DNA of 64,000 nt from Nitrosopumilus sp. GTDB lineage: Archaea > Thermoproteota > Nitrososphaeria > Nitrososphaerales > Nitrosopumilaceae. The first letter of the stretch is position 1. Every line of letters starts with the position of its first letter. The notes below the pieces were generated by a model. The model saw only the letters and a program-made list of their open reading frames with translations. It ran no database searches and was not told the DNA's origin. This document shows, one piece after another, positions 1 to 10,551 of the stretch. Where the stretch lies: NCBI GenBank assembly GCA_965249555.1, contig OZ252243.1, positions 128,001 to 192,000 of the forward strand, written 5' to 3'. The position numbers were made by a program, and so were the translations under genes.

Positions 1-173
1 AAAGCAGGAAAGGGCAAGGTATGCAAACAGAACCAAAAAGCAAATAGAAAAACGAACAAAATATTTGAAGAAATTAAGAACTAAGAGTTATAATAAAATT
101 CGAAATGCAAAAAAATCATGAAATAATTTTATTTTTAAAATATTAAATTATTTTTTAGTTAACAGGCAGTAGA

Positions 174-1181
174 TCAATTCCAATTAACTCGAACAAAGTT
201 AGACCTTTCACTGTTTCCTAGATCATTGACTGCAACTACTCTATACACATATTTGCCATCATTATTAGGAATAGTAAATGCATTGTCAACTGTATCACTA
301 GTGTAACATACAGATAGATGTCTAGTTCCTCTCTCCTTACAAAGTATTTCGTAACCAGTTATGGTATCATCATTTGACTCATCCCAAGATAATACAATAG
401 AGTTTTCATCAACTGTATAAACTAAATTCGTTGGTTTTTCAGGTATATCTAAAGTAATGTATTCATTAATTATTTCATGTGCAATAGATTGTTGTGTAGT
501 TAGTTTATGATCCGTAATTACTGTAACAGCATTAGAAGTTCTTGATTTTATTTCTTCATCATGTATTGCCCAGATGTAAAGTATGTATTTTTCATTTGGA
601 GTTAGACCTGTTACTGTAAAATTAGTATCACCACTGTTAGATGTTGTATCACATCTATCACGCTTAGTACCGTTTAAATGAATAATATCATTATCTCCTT
701 TATCAATATTAAAACAACCTATATGATATCCTGTTACTCTATCATCTTCAATTTTCCAGTTTAGAGTAATTGAATTATGAGTATTAGTATATATCAAATT
801 TTTAGGTGCAGAAAGTGGAAAAGCAAAATAATTTCCTGTTAGTTTATTGTCATTTCTATATTCTTCAAGGTTACTAGTATGATTTGCAATATTATTATTA
901 ACATATTCTAACATGGAAATAGCCCGTGCTTTCATATTCTGAAAATAATCACTATCTTCAGTATATAACCCAAACCCATTTGAAGTAAAGTTAGCATGAT
1001 TGGCAACTACTTCTTCCACTATTGCTTTATTATACTCAGAATAAGCTATTCTATTTTCCAGAGCGTCTATTTTTTTTAATTTCACTTCATCAGTATGTTC
1101 TGCATATGCAGATACCCCAATACTGACAACAAAAATCAATGAAAAAATTATTCCTAATTCTAACTTCACAATAATAATCAA
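174..1181 (-). CDS. Secreted/surface protein with two fibronectin type III domains
   Basis: N-terminal signal-like hydrophobic stretch; two FN3-like units (APKNL...ITLNW...GY...VTGLTPNEKYILYIWA; PTNL...LSWD...GY...YVYRVVAVNDLGNSERS). Confidence 0.75.
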   Translation of the reverse strand: MIIIVKLELGIIFSLIFVVSIGVSAYAEHTDEVKLKKIDALENRIAYSEYNKAIVEEVVANHANFTSNGFGLYTEDSDYFQNMKARAISMLEYVNNNIANHTSNLEEYRNDNKLTGNYFAFPLSAPKNLIYTNTHNSITLNWKIEDDRVTGYHIGCFNIDKGDNDIIHLNGTKRDRCDTTSNSGDTNFTVTGLTPNEKYILYIWAIHDEEIKSRTSNAVTVITDHKLTTQQSIAHEIINEYITLDIPEKPTNLVYTVDENSIVLSWDESNDDTITGYEILCKERGTRHLSVCYTSDTVDNAFTIPNNDGKYVYRVVAVNDLGNSERSNFVRVNWN

Positions 1182-1237
1182 TTTTATTGATTAATATAAT
1201 TTACTAAAAGACGTAATGTGAATGAGGGGAAGCGTAA

Positions 1238-2830
1238 TTAAAAGACCTCTTTTGGACGATACTCACCAAATACTTCACGGAACGTGTTACTGATTTCACC
1301 AGTGGTAGCAAATGCTTTTGCAGCTGTAACAATGTATGGCATAAGATTCTCTTCTGTTTCTGCTGCACTTTTCATAGCAGAAAGTGCTTTTTCCCATTTC
1401 TTTGTGTCACGTGATGAACGTAATGCTTTGAGTGCCTTTTTCTGTTGAATCTCAACTTCACCGCCAACTCTAAGCAAGTCTGGTTGTGTTTCTTCTTCAG
1501 AATACTTGTTTACACCAACTAGAATTCGGTCATTAGCATCAACTTCTTTCTTTAGACGATAGGCATTTTGTCTGATTTCCGATTGGAAGAATCCTTTCTC
1601 GATTGCCTTAACAGAGCCACCCATTTTTTGAATTTTTTTGAGATATTTCCATACACCGTCCTCAATCTGATCACACAAATCTTCGAGATAGTATGAACCT
1701 GCCAATGGATCAGCAGTCTTTGTAATACCACTTTCATGAGCTACAATTTGCTGGGTTCTAAGGGCAATTTTTGCAGATTCCTGTGTAGGTAAAGCAAGGG
1801 CCTCATCTCGAGAATTTGTATGGAGTGACTGTGTACCGCCGGCAACTGCTGCCATGGTCTGAATTGCAACACGTACAATATTGTTATTTGGTTGTTGTGC
1901 AGTTAATGATTCACCACTAGTTTGAGTATGGAATTTTAGCTGTAAAGAACGCGGATTTTTTGCATGAAACATTTCTTTCATGATTTTGGCATAAACTTTA
2001 CGTGCAACTCTGAACTTTGCAACTTCTTCAAAGAATTCTATAGTACAGCAAAAGAAGAATGAAAGACGTGGTGCAAAGTCATCAATCTCTAGTCCCTTGT
2101 CCAAACAAGTCTGGATATAGGCAATTGCATTTGCCAATGTAAATGCAACTTCTTGTGTTGCAGTACAGCCAGCTTCTCTCATGTGATAGCCAGATATTGA
2201 GACAGGATACCAAGATGGTACTTTTTCTGCACAGTACTCTATCATGTCACCGATTAATCGCATTGATGGTTGAGGAGGATAGATGTAGGTGTTTCTTGCA
2301 ATGTATTCTTTTAGAATATCATTTTGAGTAGTGCCACGAAGTTCATGGCTTTTGAATCCCTGTGATTCACCAACTGCAATATAGTATGCAAGAAGTGTTG
2401 ATGCAGTGGAGTTGATAGTCATTGAAGAACTTACCTTCCCAAGTGGAATGCCATCAAAGGCAGTCATCATATCTTTAATTGATGTTATTGATACGCCGAC
2501 TTTGCCTACTTCGCCTTCTGCTTGTGTAGAATCTGAATCATAACCAATCTGAGTTGGCAAGTCAAATGCCATACTAAGACCTGTTTGACCTTTTTCAAGC
2601 ATGAATTTGAATCGCTCATTGGTAAGTTTCGCATCACCAAAACCAGAATACTGTCTCATAGTCCAAAATCTTTCACGAAACATTCCAGGATGGATTCCTC
2701 TAGTAAACGGATATGTTCCTGCATCTTCTGTTGGTCTCTTTTTAGAAGATTTTTGATATATTCTTTTAACTAGAAAAGCAGAGTCTGTAAATATTTTCTT
2801 GTCAGGTGCTTTTGATTTTTTTGATGCCAT
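1238..2830 (-). CDS. mcmA: Methylmalonyl-CoA mutase, large (substrate-binding) subunit
   Basis: YPFTRG, WTMRQYSGFG, GLSMAFDLPT, QNDILKEY, GGTQSLHTNS motifs. Confidence 0.97.
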   Translation of the reverse strand: MASKKSKAPDKKIFTDSAFLVKRIYQKSSKKRPTEDAGTYPFTRGIHPGMFRERFWTMRQYSGFGDAKLTNERFKFMLEKGQTGLSMAFDLPTQIGYDSDSTQAEGEVGKVGVSITSIKDMMTAFDGIPLGKVSSSMTINSTASTLLAYYIAVGESQGFKSHELRGTTQNDILKEYIARNTYIYPPQPSMRLIGDMIEYCAEKVPSWYPVSISGYHMREAGCTATQEVAFTLANAIAYIQTCLDKGLEIDDFAPRLSFFFCCTIEFFEEVAKFRVARKVYAKIMKEMFHAKNPRSLQLKFHTQTSGESLTAQQPNNNIVRVAIQTMAAVAGGTQSLHTNSRDEALALPTQESAKIALRTQQIVAHESGITKTADPLAGSYYLEDLCDQIEDGVWKYLKKIQKMGGSVKAIEKGFFQSEIRQNAYRLKKEVDANDRILVGVNKYSEEETQPDLLRVGGEVEIQQKKALKALRSSRDTKKWEKALSAMKSAAETEENLMPYIVTAAKAFATTGEISNTFREVFGEYRPKEVF

Positions 2831-2834
2831 ATTA

Positions 2835-3752
2835 TCACTTTAACAAAGATTTTGTAATTTTATCTCCAGCTTCAAAGGGATCAATACTTTTTGATTGTAA
2901 TTTTTTAAGATATTTCGAAAATATTTTATCAGAATCCAGCATGCCGTCAATCTTTTCTTTAAAGTTATTTAAAACAATATCTTTTAGTTCTGCTTCAAGT
3001 CGTTCTTGGTTTTTATCGTTCTTGAATTTCTTTTTAGATTTCATCATATCTTTGAGAGTCTTTGCAAATACTGTAATTCCAGAATTCTTTTTCACAGATG
3101 TTTTTAAAATTATTGGATTTCGTTTTGTACCTCCAATATAGTCCAATACTGCATCAAATAGTTGGTTTGTCCCACTAAGATCACTTTTGTTTACAAGGTA
3201 AATATCGCCAATTTCAGTCAGACCAGCTTTGATTGTTTGAATACTGTCGCCAGTATTAGGATTAAAGACCACAACTGTAATGTCTGCAATGTTTGAAATT
3301 TCAACTTCAGTTTGTCCAGCTCCAACGCTTTCAATAATTATTGGGTTGAATCCAGAGTATTCCAAAATGCGAATACTGTTTCGCAGTGAATTAGAAATTG
3401 CGCCAGATGCTCCGCGTGATGCAATACTTCGAATATACGTACCTGAATCAGTAGATTCAGTCATTCTAACTCTATCTCCCAATATGGCTCCGCCAGTAAT
3501 ATGACTAGTTGGATCAACTGCCAGTACAGCTGGTTTTGTGCCTAATTTTTTCATAGCAATTACAGTTTTGTCAATCAAAGAACTCTTTCCAGAACCTGCA
3601 GATCCAGTAATTCCTATCACACTAGAGTTGCCAGAATCTTTGAAAATTTTCTTTACGAGTTTTCTTGCTTCTTTTGGGTTATTTTCTACTATAGAGATTG
3701 CTTTTGCAATTGCACCGCGTTTCCCTTTTTTTAGATCCACAAGTAAATCCAA
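2835..3752 (-). CDS. meaB: MeaB/ArgK GTPase chaperone of methylmalonyl-CoA mutase
   Basis: GITGSAGSGKSS, AVDPTS..TGGAILGDRVRM, ESVGAGQTE, NKSD; adjacent to mcm. Confidence 0.95.
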   Translation of the reverse strand: MDLLVDLKKGKRGAIAKAISIVENNPKEARKLVKKIFKDSGNSSVIGITGSAGSGKSSLIDKTVIAMKKLGTKPAVLAVDPTSHITGGAILGDRVRMTESTDSGTYIRSIASRGASGAISNSLRNSIRILEYSGFNPIIIESVGAGQTEVEISNIADITVVVFNPNTGDSIQTIKAGLTEIGDIYLVNKSDLSGTNQLFDAVLDYIGGTKRNPIILKTSVKKNSGITVFAKTLKDMMKSKKKFKNDKNQERLEAELKDIVLNNFKEKIDGMLDSDKIFSKYLKKLQSKSIDPFEAGDKITKSLLK

Positions 3753-3796
3753 TATACAGTAAGTTTTCAGAGGTGCAATAAAATCTTGTGTCCGAT

Positions 3797-4204
3797 CTAC
3801 GGTCTAGAATAGATCACAGAAGGAACAGGTTCGCCAAGTGGATGAATTTCAGTTTTTAGTTGAATGTGACCAAACTCTTTATGATCAATTTCCAAAACTA
3901 TGGGATGAATTGGCCAACCATATTTTGGTATATTTGAAAATGGAACAATTTCAATAAACTCAGAGTCAGAAAACGTTCTTTGAAAAGATTCCTCCATTCC
4001 AAGAATTTCCATAACAACAGAGTTTGTTTTACCAGATTTATCAAAATAAGAAATCTCTACATAACCTGAATCATAGTATATGGCATCTATCTGAAACGTT
4101 TGACGGAGAACATCTTTGTCATCAGTCCCACCACCTACTAGAAAGATTATAGCCAAAACAGTGATTATACCAAGGAAGATGGGAGCCCGGATTCTTCTAG
4201 CCAT
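3797..4204 (-). CDS. Membrane-anchored hypothetical protein
   Basis: N-terminal TM helix; overlaps the stop of the aminopeptidase gene. Confidence 0.7.
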   Translation of the reverse strand: MARRIRAPIFLGIITVLAIIFLVGGGTDDKDVLRQTFQIDAIYYDSGYVEISYFDKSGKTNSVVMEILGMEESFQRTFSDSEFIEIVPFSNIPKYGWPIHPIVLEIDHKEFGHIQLKTEIHPLGEPVPSVIYSRP

Positions 4205-6698
4205 CTTTGAACTCTTTTCTCATACTTTTAAGGAATTTTGAGTTTATTCGTATTCGCTCAAGGGTTTGAGTTTGAGTTCGCTCTGTGCCAGGGGTTGGAT
4301 TTTTCTTGAAAAATTGTATTATTTCTTTTTCCATAGAATCATCAGCTACAAAAGTGATACTAGATACAATTCGATTAAACAATGGGTTTCCATGTCCAAC
4401 TTTTTTGTTTAATTTTTTCCAATTTTTCTTTAACCACGGCCACAATACTTTGTCACCATATGGATTTGCAGCAACTTTCATAATTGGTAACTGCATATTT
4501 TGAGAACGGACTTTGGATGTTTGAGAAAAGTTAAGGGATTTTAAGAGTAATTTTGTATCTTTAAACCCACACATTGCACCTAAGAAACGAAGTTTTTCTT
4601 CCATGGTTTTTGCATTTTTGTATAGTTTTGTCAGTTCAGCATGAGTTTTTGCATTTCCATTCCATGCTGCAATTGAGCATATTGGTTCTACTAAATCAGG
4701 TGACAAAGAACTAGGAGATTTTAAGAATTTTTTATACCATCCAAGTGCCTTTTCTGTAACTTCTTCATCATCCATTTTTCCCAATGCAGAGATTGCAAAT
4801 GAACGAAGTAGGGCATCAGTATGTTTGTCTGATTTTTTAGAATCCCATCCCACATTAAATAAAATTTTTCTGAAATAATTTACTGCATATCCACGAATTT
4901 CTTCTACAAATTTTTCATTAAATGCACGAAAGTACAGTAAAGCTAAATTGTGTGCCACATTAACTGATGCAAGATAGCTATCTTCATCAAAATATGCATC
5001 AGAAAAGTCAAGATAATTTCTTACATCTTCATCACCTGAAACACAAAGTGAAAATAAGTCATTTTGAATTGCCCATCTATCAATGGCAGGAATACGTTTT
5101 TCATCTACTAGCATCTTCAAATCAAGTAAAATTCCTTCATCATACTTTACGCGATAGAATCCTTGTCGTCCATAGTTTGCAACAAAACCTATTGTATTAT
5201 TTGGAATCTTTATTGACATTGATTTTTTTGAAAATAGTCTTTTAGAAATTTCACTTTCTAGACCTAGTGATAAGGGAATGGACCATAAACCTTTGCTGAA
5301 TTTTTTATCAGATTCAAGCAAGTATCTCTTTTGTTTGAGTTTCAGGGTATTGCCATCTTGGTTAATCTCAACTAATGGAAACCCGGGTTGTTTGAGCCAG
5401 GTATTTATCATAGAAGTAACAGGCATCCCTGATGCTTTGCCAATTGCATTCCACAAATCTGCACCTTCAGCATTTTTGTATTTGAAATCAGAGAGATATT
5501 TTTTGAGTCCTTTGCGGAAGTTGGGCTCGCCTACATAATGCTCAAGCATTCTCAATACACACCCGCCCTTGTCATAAGAAATGGCATCAAAGATTTCTCG
5601 AACTTCAGCGGGTGAATTTACTTTAACATCAATTGGATGGGTTGTCTTTAAAGAATCAAGGTCCATTGCAGTATTCATTGCATCCTCAACAAACTGATTC
5701 CACAAATCCCATTCAGGATAGAATTTATCAACAAACTTTGTTGCCATAAAAGTTGCAAAGCTTTCATTTAGCCACAAATCATTCCACCATTTCATGGTAA
5801 CAAGATTTCCAAACCACATATGTGCAATCTCATGGGAGATTACTTCAGCAATGAATTGTTTAGTTCTAGTGGATGATGTTTTTGGATCATAAAGTAGAAT
5901 GGTTTCTCTAAAAGTTATTGCACCCCAATTCTCCATTGCACCAGCTGCAAAGTCTGGAATTGCAATCAAGTCAAGTTTGGGTAACGGGTATTTTATTCCA
6001 AAATATTTTTCATAAGATGTAAGAAGTTTTTTACCTAATTCTAATGAGAATTTGCCTTTTGATTTATTTCCTTTTGTAGTTATTACCCTAATCTGTATTT
6101 TACCAGTCTTTCCAGTTAGATATTCAAATTCACCAACACCAAGATAGATCAAATAGGTTGAAACAGTGGGGGTCTTGTAAAATTTGTAAATAGTTTTACT
6201 TTTAATTTTTTTCTTTGATTTTATTGGCATATTTGAAATTGCAGTGTATTTGTTCTCTGCAATAATTGAAATCTCAAATGTTGCCTTTGTTTGGGGCTCA
6301 TCCCAACAAGGAAATGCACGTCTAGCGTCTGCTGCCTCAAACTGTGTTGTGGCAAGATACTTTGTTTTTCCACCTTGTTTGTACTGACTACGATAAAATC
6401 CAAGTAGTCTGTCATTTAAAATTCCTTGAAACTCCAAGTTGATTGTTGCTTTGCCTTTAATTTTTGATCCTAGTTTGATTTGTAATTCTTCTTTTTTCTC
6501 ATTTGTTTTTAGAGTAGATTTGATGGGTTTTCCTGCAGATTTCACTTTACATGACTTTATCTTTAGTTCAGCGCAATGCATTGTAATTGTACTAGTAGGT
6601 TTTTTGCAAACTACCGAAATTAATTCAGTTCCATTAAAGGTGAATTTTTTAAGATCAGGCTCAAAAGTTAATTCATAGTTAATTGGAGTAGTATCCAC
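4197..6698 (-). CDS. M1 family (puromycin-sensitive/APN-like) aminopeptidase
   Basis: GAMENWG, HEIAH-x18-E zinc motif, TQFEAADARRAFPCWDEP. Confidence 0.97.
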   Translation of the reverse strand: MDTTPINYELTFEPDLKKFTFNGTELISVVCKKPTSTITMHCAELKIKSCKVKSAGKPIKSTLKTNEKKEELQIKLGSKIKGKATINLEFQGILNDRLLGFYRSQYKQGGKTKYLATTQFEAADARRAFPCWDEPQTKATFEISIIAENKYTAISNMPIKSKKKIKSKTIYKFYKTPTVSTYLIYLGVGEFEYLTGKTGKIQIRVITTKGNKSKGKFSLELGKKLLTSYEKYFGIKYPLPKLDLIAIPDFAAGAMENWGAITFRETILLYDPKTSSTRTKQFIAEVISHEIAHMWFGNLVTMKWWNDLWLNESFATFMATKFVDKFYPEWDLWNQFVEDAMNTAMDLDSLKTTHPIDVKVNSPAEVREIFDAISYDKGGCVLRMLEHYVGEPNFRKGLKKYLSDFKYKNAEGADLWNAIGKASGMPVTSMINTWLKQPGFPLVEINQDGNTLKLKQKRYLLESDKKFSKGLWSIPLSLGLESEISKRLFSKKSMSIKIPNNTIGFVANYGRQGFYRVKYDEGILLDLKMLVDEKRIPAIDRWAIQNDLFSLCVSGDEDVRNYLDFSDAYFDEDSYLASVNVAHNLALLYFRAFNEKFVEEIRGYAVNYFRKILFNVGWDSKKSDKHTDALLRSFAISALGKMDDEEVTEKALGWYKKFLKSPSSLSPDLVEPICSIAAWNGNAKTHAELTKLYKNAKTMEEKLRFLGAMCGFKDTKLLLKSLNFSQTSKVRSQNMQLPIMKVAANPYGDKVLWPWLKKNWKKLNKKVGHGNPLFNRIVSSITFVADDSMEKEIIQFFKKNPTPGTERTQTQTLERIRINSKFLKSMRKEFKDG

Positions 6699-6814
6699 GT
6701 CTGAGGTACTTTAGTTACGCTTTAAGTAGATTTTCTATTTTTGAAATAATATATTATTGTCACAGATTGGAAAATCAAATAAAGTTTTAAAATACATAAT
6801 ATTCAATTACAATT

Positions 6815-7237
6815 ATGAAGCAAAAGACTGCATCACGAAGCATCAAAATTTTAGTTGCTAAACTAGGTCTTGATGGTCACGATAGAGGAGCCCTGGTGTT
6901 ATGTAGAGCATTTAGAGATGCAGGGATGGAGGTAATTTATTCAGGACTTTTTGCAACTCCAGAAAGAATTGCACAGATTGCAGAAGATGAAGATGTTGAT
7001 GCAGTAGCAATGAGTTTGCTTAATGGTGCACATGGAACACTTTTTCCCAGAGTAGTAAAAGCAATAAAGAAGAAAGGAATCAGCGACGTTCTTATTGTTG
7101 GTGGAGGAGTAATTCCAGATATTGATCACAAAGATTTGATCAAATCAGGAGTGAATCATGTGTTTGGTCCAGGTACATCACTACCAACAATCATTGATCA
7201 TATTACCATTGGCGTTTCTAAATTAAGAAAAATATAA
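6815..7237 (+). CDS. mcmB: Methylmalonyl-CoA mutase small, cobalamin-binding subunit
   Basis: KLGLDGHDRG B12-binding motif, GGGVIP, FGPGT. Confidence 0.95.
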   Translation: MKQKTASRSIKILVAKLGLDGHDRGALVLCRAFRDAGMEVIYSGLFATPERIAQIAEDEDVDAVAMSLLNGAHGTLFPRVVKAIKKKGISDVLIVGGGVIPDIDHKDLIKSGVNHVFGPGTSLPTIIDHITIGVSKLRKI

Positions 7238-7241
7238 GAAA

Positions 7242-8240
7242 TTATTCTGTTGAATCAGGCCACATCATTTTACGCATTTCTTTACCAACTTTTTCAATTT
7301 GGTGTTCGTCATATTGTTTCATGTATTTGTCAAATGCGTCTTTACCACTTTTCTGATATTCAGAAATCCACTCTTTGTTGAATGTACCGTCTTGAATCAT
7401 GGTAAGGATATTTTTCATTTTTTCTTTGCTTGCAGAGTCCATCACCATTGGTCCACGAGTTAGACCGCCATATCTTGCAGTTTCACTAACGCGTCTCCAC
7501 ATTCCATTGATTCCATATCTCTGAATCATATCTACAATGAGTTTGAGTTCATGTAAAACTTCAAAGTATGCAATTTCTGGCTGATATCCTGCTTCAACTA
7601 GAGTTTCAAATGCATTAGTCACCATAGAAGCTGCACCACCACATAGGTCTGCTTGCTCACCAAACCAATCAGTTTCTACTTCTTCTTTGAATGTAGTTTT
7701 AATTAATCCGGCTCTAGCACTTCCGATTGCTTTTGCAATTCCTAATGTTCTATCCCATGCTTTTCCTGTAAAGTCTTGCTCAACTGCAACAATAGATGGA
7801 GTTCCAAAGTTGTCAAGATATGTTTCGCGAACTTTGGAGCCAGGCCCCTTTGGTGCAACCATGATAAGATCAACATTATTTGGAGCTTCAATCCATTTCC
7901 AATAGATTGCAGCTGCATGAGAAAATGACAATGCTTTTCCTTCAGAAAGATTTGGTTTAATTTCATCTTTGTATACTTTAGCTTGAATCATGTCTGGAAT
8001 CAATACGTGAATAATGTCTCCTTGCTTTGTTGCATCAGCCACTGACATTACTTTGTGACCATCTGCTTCTGCCTTTTTCCAGCTGTTACCGCCTTCCTTA
8101 AGACCAATTATCACATTTAGACCAGAGTCTTTCATGTTGTTTGCTTGTGCACTACCTTGAATTCCATAACCCAGTACTGCAATAGTTTGATCTTTTATTG
8201 GATCAAGACTGATATCATTATCTTTCCATGTTTTTGCCAT
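7242..8240 (-). CDS. ilvC: Ketol-acid reductoisomerase
   Basis: GYGIQG, MVAPKGPG, EEVETDWFGEQ, AYFEVLHE, SETARYG. Confidence 0.97.
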   Translation of the reverse strand: MAKTWKDNDISLDPIKDQTIAVLGYGIQGSAQANNMKDSGLNVIIGLKEGGNSWKKAEADGHKVMSVADATKQGDIIHVLIPDMIQAKVYKDEIKPNLSEGKALSFSHAAAIYWKWIEAPNNVDLIMVAPKGPGSKVRETYLDNFGTPSIVAVEQDFTGKAWDRTLGIAKAIGSARAGLIKTTFKEEVETDWFGEQADLCGGAASMVTNAFETLVEAGYQPEIAYFEVLHELKLIVDMIQRYGINGMWRRVSETARYGGLTRGPMVMDSASKEKMKNILTMIQDGTFNKEWISEYQKSGKDAFDKYMKQYDEHQIEKVGKEMRKMMWPDSTE

Positions 8241-8278
8241 GATGTTGACTGGAATATTGCAAATATTAACTATGAAAT

Positions 8279-8398
8279 TTAGATTTCTATAATTTTATCA
8301 CATGAACGACATTTTACACGTACCCCATTACCAGGTAATTTAACAAATCTCTTGGAACCGCATTTAGGACAAATAGGACAAGCACGTACTGGTTCCAT
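8279..8398 (-). CDS. 39-aa zinc-ribbon microprotein (not in ORF track)
   Basis: Manual translation MEPVRACPICPKCGSKRFVKLPGNGVRVKCRSCDKIIEI; CPKC...CRSC pairs; fills the gap between co-oriented genes. Confidence 0.65.
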   Translation of the reverse strand: MEPVRACPICPKCGSKRFVKLPGNGVRVKCRSCDKIIEI

Positions 8399-8421
8399 CA
8401 ATGCTTAGTAGAATGAGGTCA

Positions 8422-9342
8422 TTATTTGATTTTACCACTACCTAAAATTCTGATACTAGTAGATTCTGGTTTTAAAATCACAGCAATTTGATCCTTTTTG
8501 CATACAACTGGTTTTTCAAAGGTTAGTTTTAGAGGAGAAATTGATGAGAATTTGGCAGCTTTGATTTGCAATCCAATATTGACCAGACAGCCTTGGTTTT
8601 CTGCAATTTCACTCTTGTAGAAAGGATTCTTTTGAAAATCAAGCTCGATTTCTGTTTTTACATCTACTGCTCCTTCTTCAGAAATCACGTCCCCACGTCC
8701 GACTTCTTCAGGTTTTGCACCTTTTACGGCAAGCCCCACTCTTGCAGGACAGACAGATTCAGTTACCGGATCATCGTGCATTTGAATTGACTTTATGAGA
8801 ACATCAATTCCTGCAGGATACAGTTTAAGATTATCATATTGCTTTACTTTTCCGTTAGTTACTTTACCCAAAATTACAGTTCCGACACCTTTCACATCAA
8901 AGCAATGATCAATTACCATTTCAGCTTGTCCGTCATTTGAGATTACTGCAAGTTTATCCATCTCTTCTTTGATTTTATCCTGATCAACTTTTGTATATTT
9001 TTCAACTACTGTACCTTTGATCATTGCATCTAACTTTGAATCATCTACCTCAAAAGTATGAGACAGAATTCCTTTTTCTTTTTTTAGTGAATCAAGTGCG
9101 ATAATTTGCTCCCCAGTAAATTTATCTAATTTATCTACATGAAAAATCACATATTCTGCTAAATTAATTGCTTGAAATAATGGTTGTATTTTTTCAGGAA
9201 ACCCACTTGGAGTAACCCAAGTTTTGATTACATCAGATTCTTTTCTATCATAAAGAGTAAGATCAGTCTCTGTTCCTTTTTTTCCAAACTCAGATGCAAT
9301 ATCTTGCTTACCTAAAACCACAAAGTTTACAGATTCTACCAT
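8422..9342 (-). CDS. SelB-like/EF-Tu domain 2 protein lacking a canonical P-loop
   Basis: IDHCFDVKGVGTVILG, KSIQMHD, RVGLAVKG, RGDVI, IRILGSG. Confidence 0.85.
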   Translation of the reverse strand: MVESVNFVVLGKQDIASEFGKKGTETDLTLYDRKESDVIKTWVTPSGFPEKIQPLFQAINLAEYVIFHVDKLDKFTGEQIIALDSLKKEKGILSHTFEVDDSKLDAMIKGTVVEKYTKVDQDKIKEEMDKLAVISNDGQAEMVIDHCFDVKGVGTVILGKVTNGKVKQYDNLKLYPAGIDVLIKSIQMHDDPVTESVCPARVGLAVKGAKPEEVGRGDVISEEGAVDVKTEIELDFQKNPFYKSEIAENQGCLVNIGLQIKAAKFSSISPLKLTFEKPVVCKKDQIAVILKPESTSIRILGSGKIK

Positions 9343-9443
9343 TAGTTTTGAGTAAAAAAATTGGTTTAATGTAGGTTATTGTAATGCTTGAATGTTATTT
9401 TCAGGGGCATTGATTCAACCCCATATGGAAGCATCCCATTTTA

Positions 9444-9935
9444 ATGACTAAGATAGATGCAGCATCTAATAGAAATATGAAGATAGAACTGACTACAATG
9501 AATGAAAATACTTGTGTTAATTTTATAGAATCAATTAGAAGCCCACAAACAAAACGTAACTATACAAGGGATCTTAAAGTATTCTTGAATTTAATTCCAA
9601 ATAACATCTATGAAGATTATGATATAAAATCTCCAAAATCACATGAATTAGAGGATCTTTACACATCATTTGTAAACTTGGCAAAAAAAGATACCAGTAT
9701 AATTAAAACAATAATTAAATCATATGTATCAGAAATCAAGAAAAAAGTAGAATCAAAAGAACTCAATCCGAATTCAGTATCAAACAGAATAAAACCAATA
9801 AAGGTATTACTTACTGCAAATGAGATTGATATTTCTTGGAAGCTAATCAACAAGATGTTTCCACGTGAGACCAAGAGTGAAGATCTTAATGATGAGCTAC
9901 CCACGATTTCCAAAATAATTCACATAATAGTATAG
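9444..9935 (+). pseudogene. Truncated tyrosine integrase (N-terminal part only)
   Basis: Resembles the N-terminus of the 58989 integrase (ESIRS..T..NY, NPNS, EIDISWKLINKMFP) but stops before the catalytic domain. Confidence 0.75.
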
Positions 9936-9972
9936 CCAACAGAACCCTAATTGACAAATTGTTAAATACTAT

Positions 9973-10227
9973 ATGTATCTATATGCATCTATGGAACAGT
10001 CAAGTATTGCAGTTTCTAAAAAATCAAAAGAAGCATGGGAGCAATTTAAAAATTATCCAAAGGAATCGATGGAAACCATGATTAATAGAATTTTAAAATC
10101 AAAAGCCGAGGAAGATGCAGATCTGCTTACAGAAAAAGACATTCTAGAAATCAAAGCATCAATTTTAGAAATTGAAAATGGCAACTACAAGACCCAATCC
10201 CAAATGAAAGAAAAGTATGGATTATAA
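9973..10227 (+). CDS. Antitoxin (RelB-like) of a type II TA pair
   Basis: Small protein directly upstream of a RelE-like gene; typical acidic C-terminus (EIENGNYKTQSQMKEKYGL). Confidence 0.7.
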   Translation: MYLYASMEQSSIAVSKKSKEAWEQFKNYPKESMETMINRILKSKAEEDADLLTEKDILEIKASILEIENGNYKTQSQMKEKYGL

Positions 10228-10229
10228 CT

Positions 10230-10490
10230 TTGGCACGTGTTTGGAGGGTGATTTATTCTTCTCGAGCCCAAAAAGATCTTCATGGTTTTGGAGAAGATCT
10301 TGCTAAAAAAATTATTTTATTAATGGACAAGATTGCTTTAGATCCTTACAAAATACTTGAAAAAATGACAAATTCACCGTTTTACAAATTTAGAATAGGA
10401 GTCTATCGTGGAATTGCAAATATTGTCAATGACAAACTGGTCTTACATATAGTCAAAACAAAACATCGTTCTCAGGTTTATAAAAAATAA
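10230..10490 (+). CDS. relE: RelE/ParE family toxin
   Basis: WRVIYSSRAQKDL...YKFRIGVYR...HRSQVYK. Confidence 0.85.
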   Translation: MARVWRVIYSSRAQKDLHGFGEDLAKKIILLMDKIALDPYKILEKMTNSPFYKFRIGVYRGIANIVNDKLVLHIVKTKHRSQVYKK

Positions 10491-10551
10491 CCCTGTAATG
10501 TGTGGTGAAAGATAACGAAACTCGTATAGAATATACTTTTGAATAATTATC

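Noticed and set aside
1552-7966. Many 60-140 aa ORFs overlapping core genes here and throughout the window
   Set aside because: Antisense or alternate-frame shadows of well-supported genes, without motifs
8422-9342. SelB-like gene as evidence for selenocysteine usage
   Set aside because: Lacks an intact GTPase P-loop; no tRNA-Sec or in-frame UGA selenoprotein noticed in the window
9400-9442. GC-rich stretch before the integrase stub as a tRNA-derived att site
   Set aside because: No convincing T-arm or acceptor match and no second copy found
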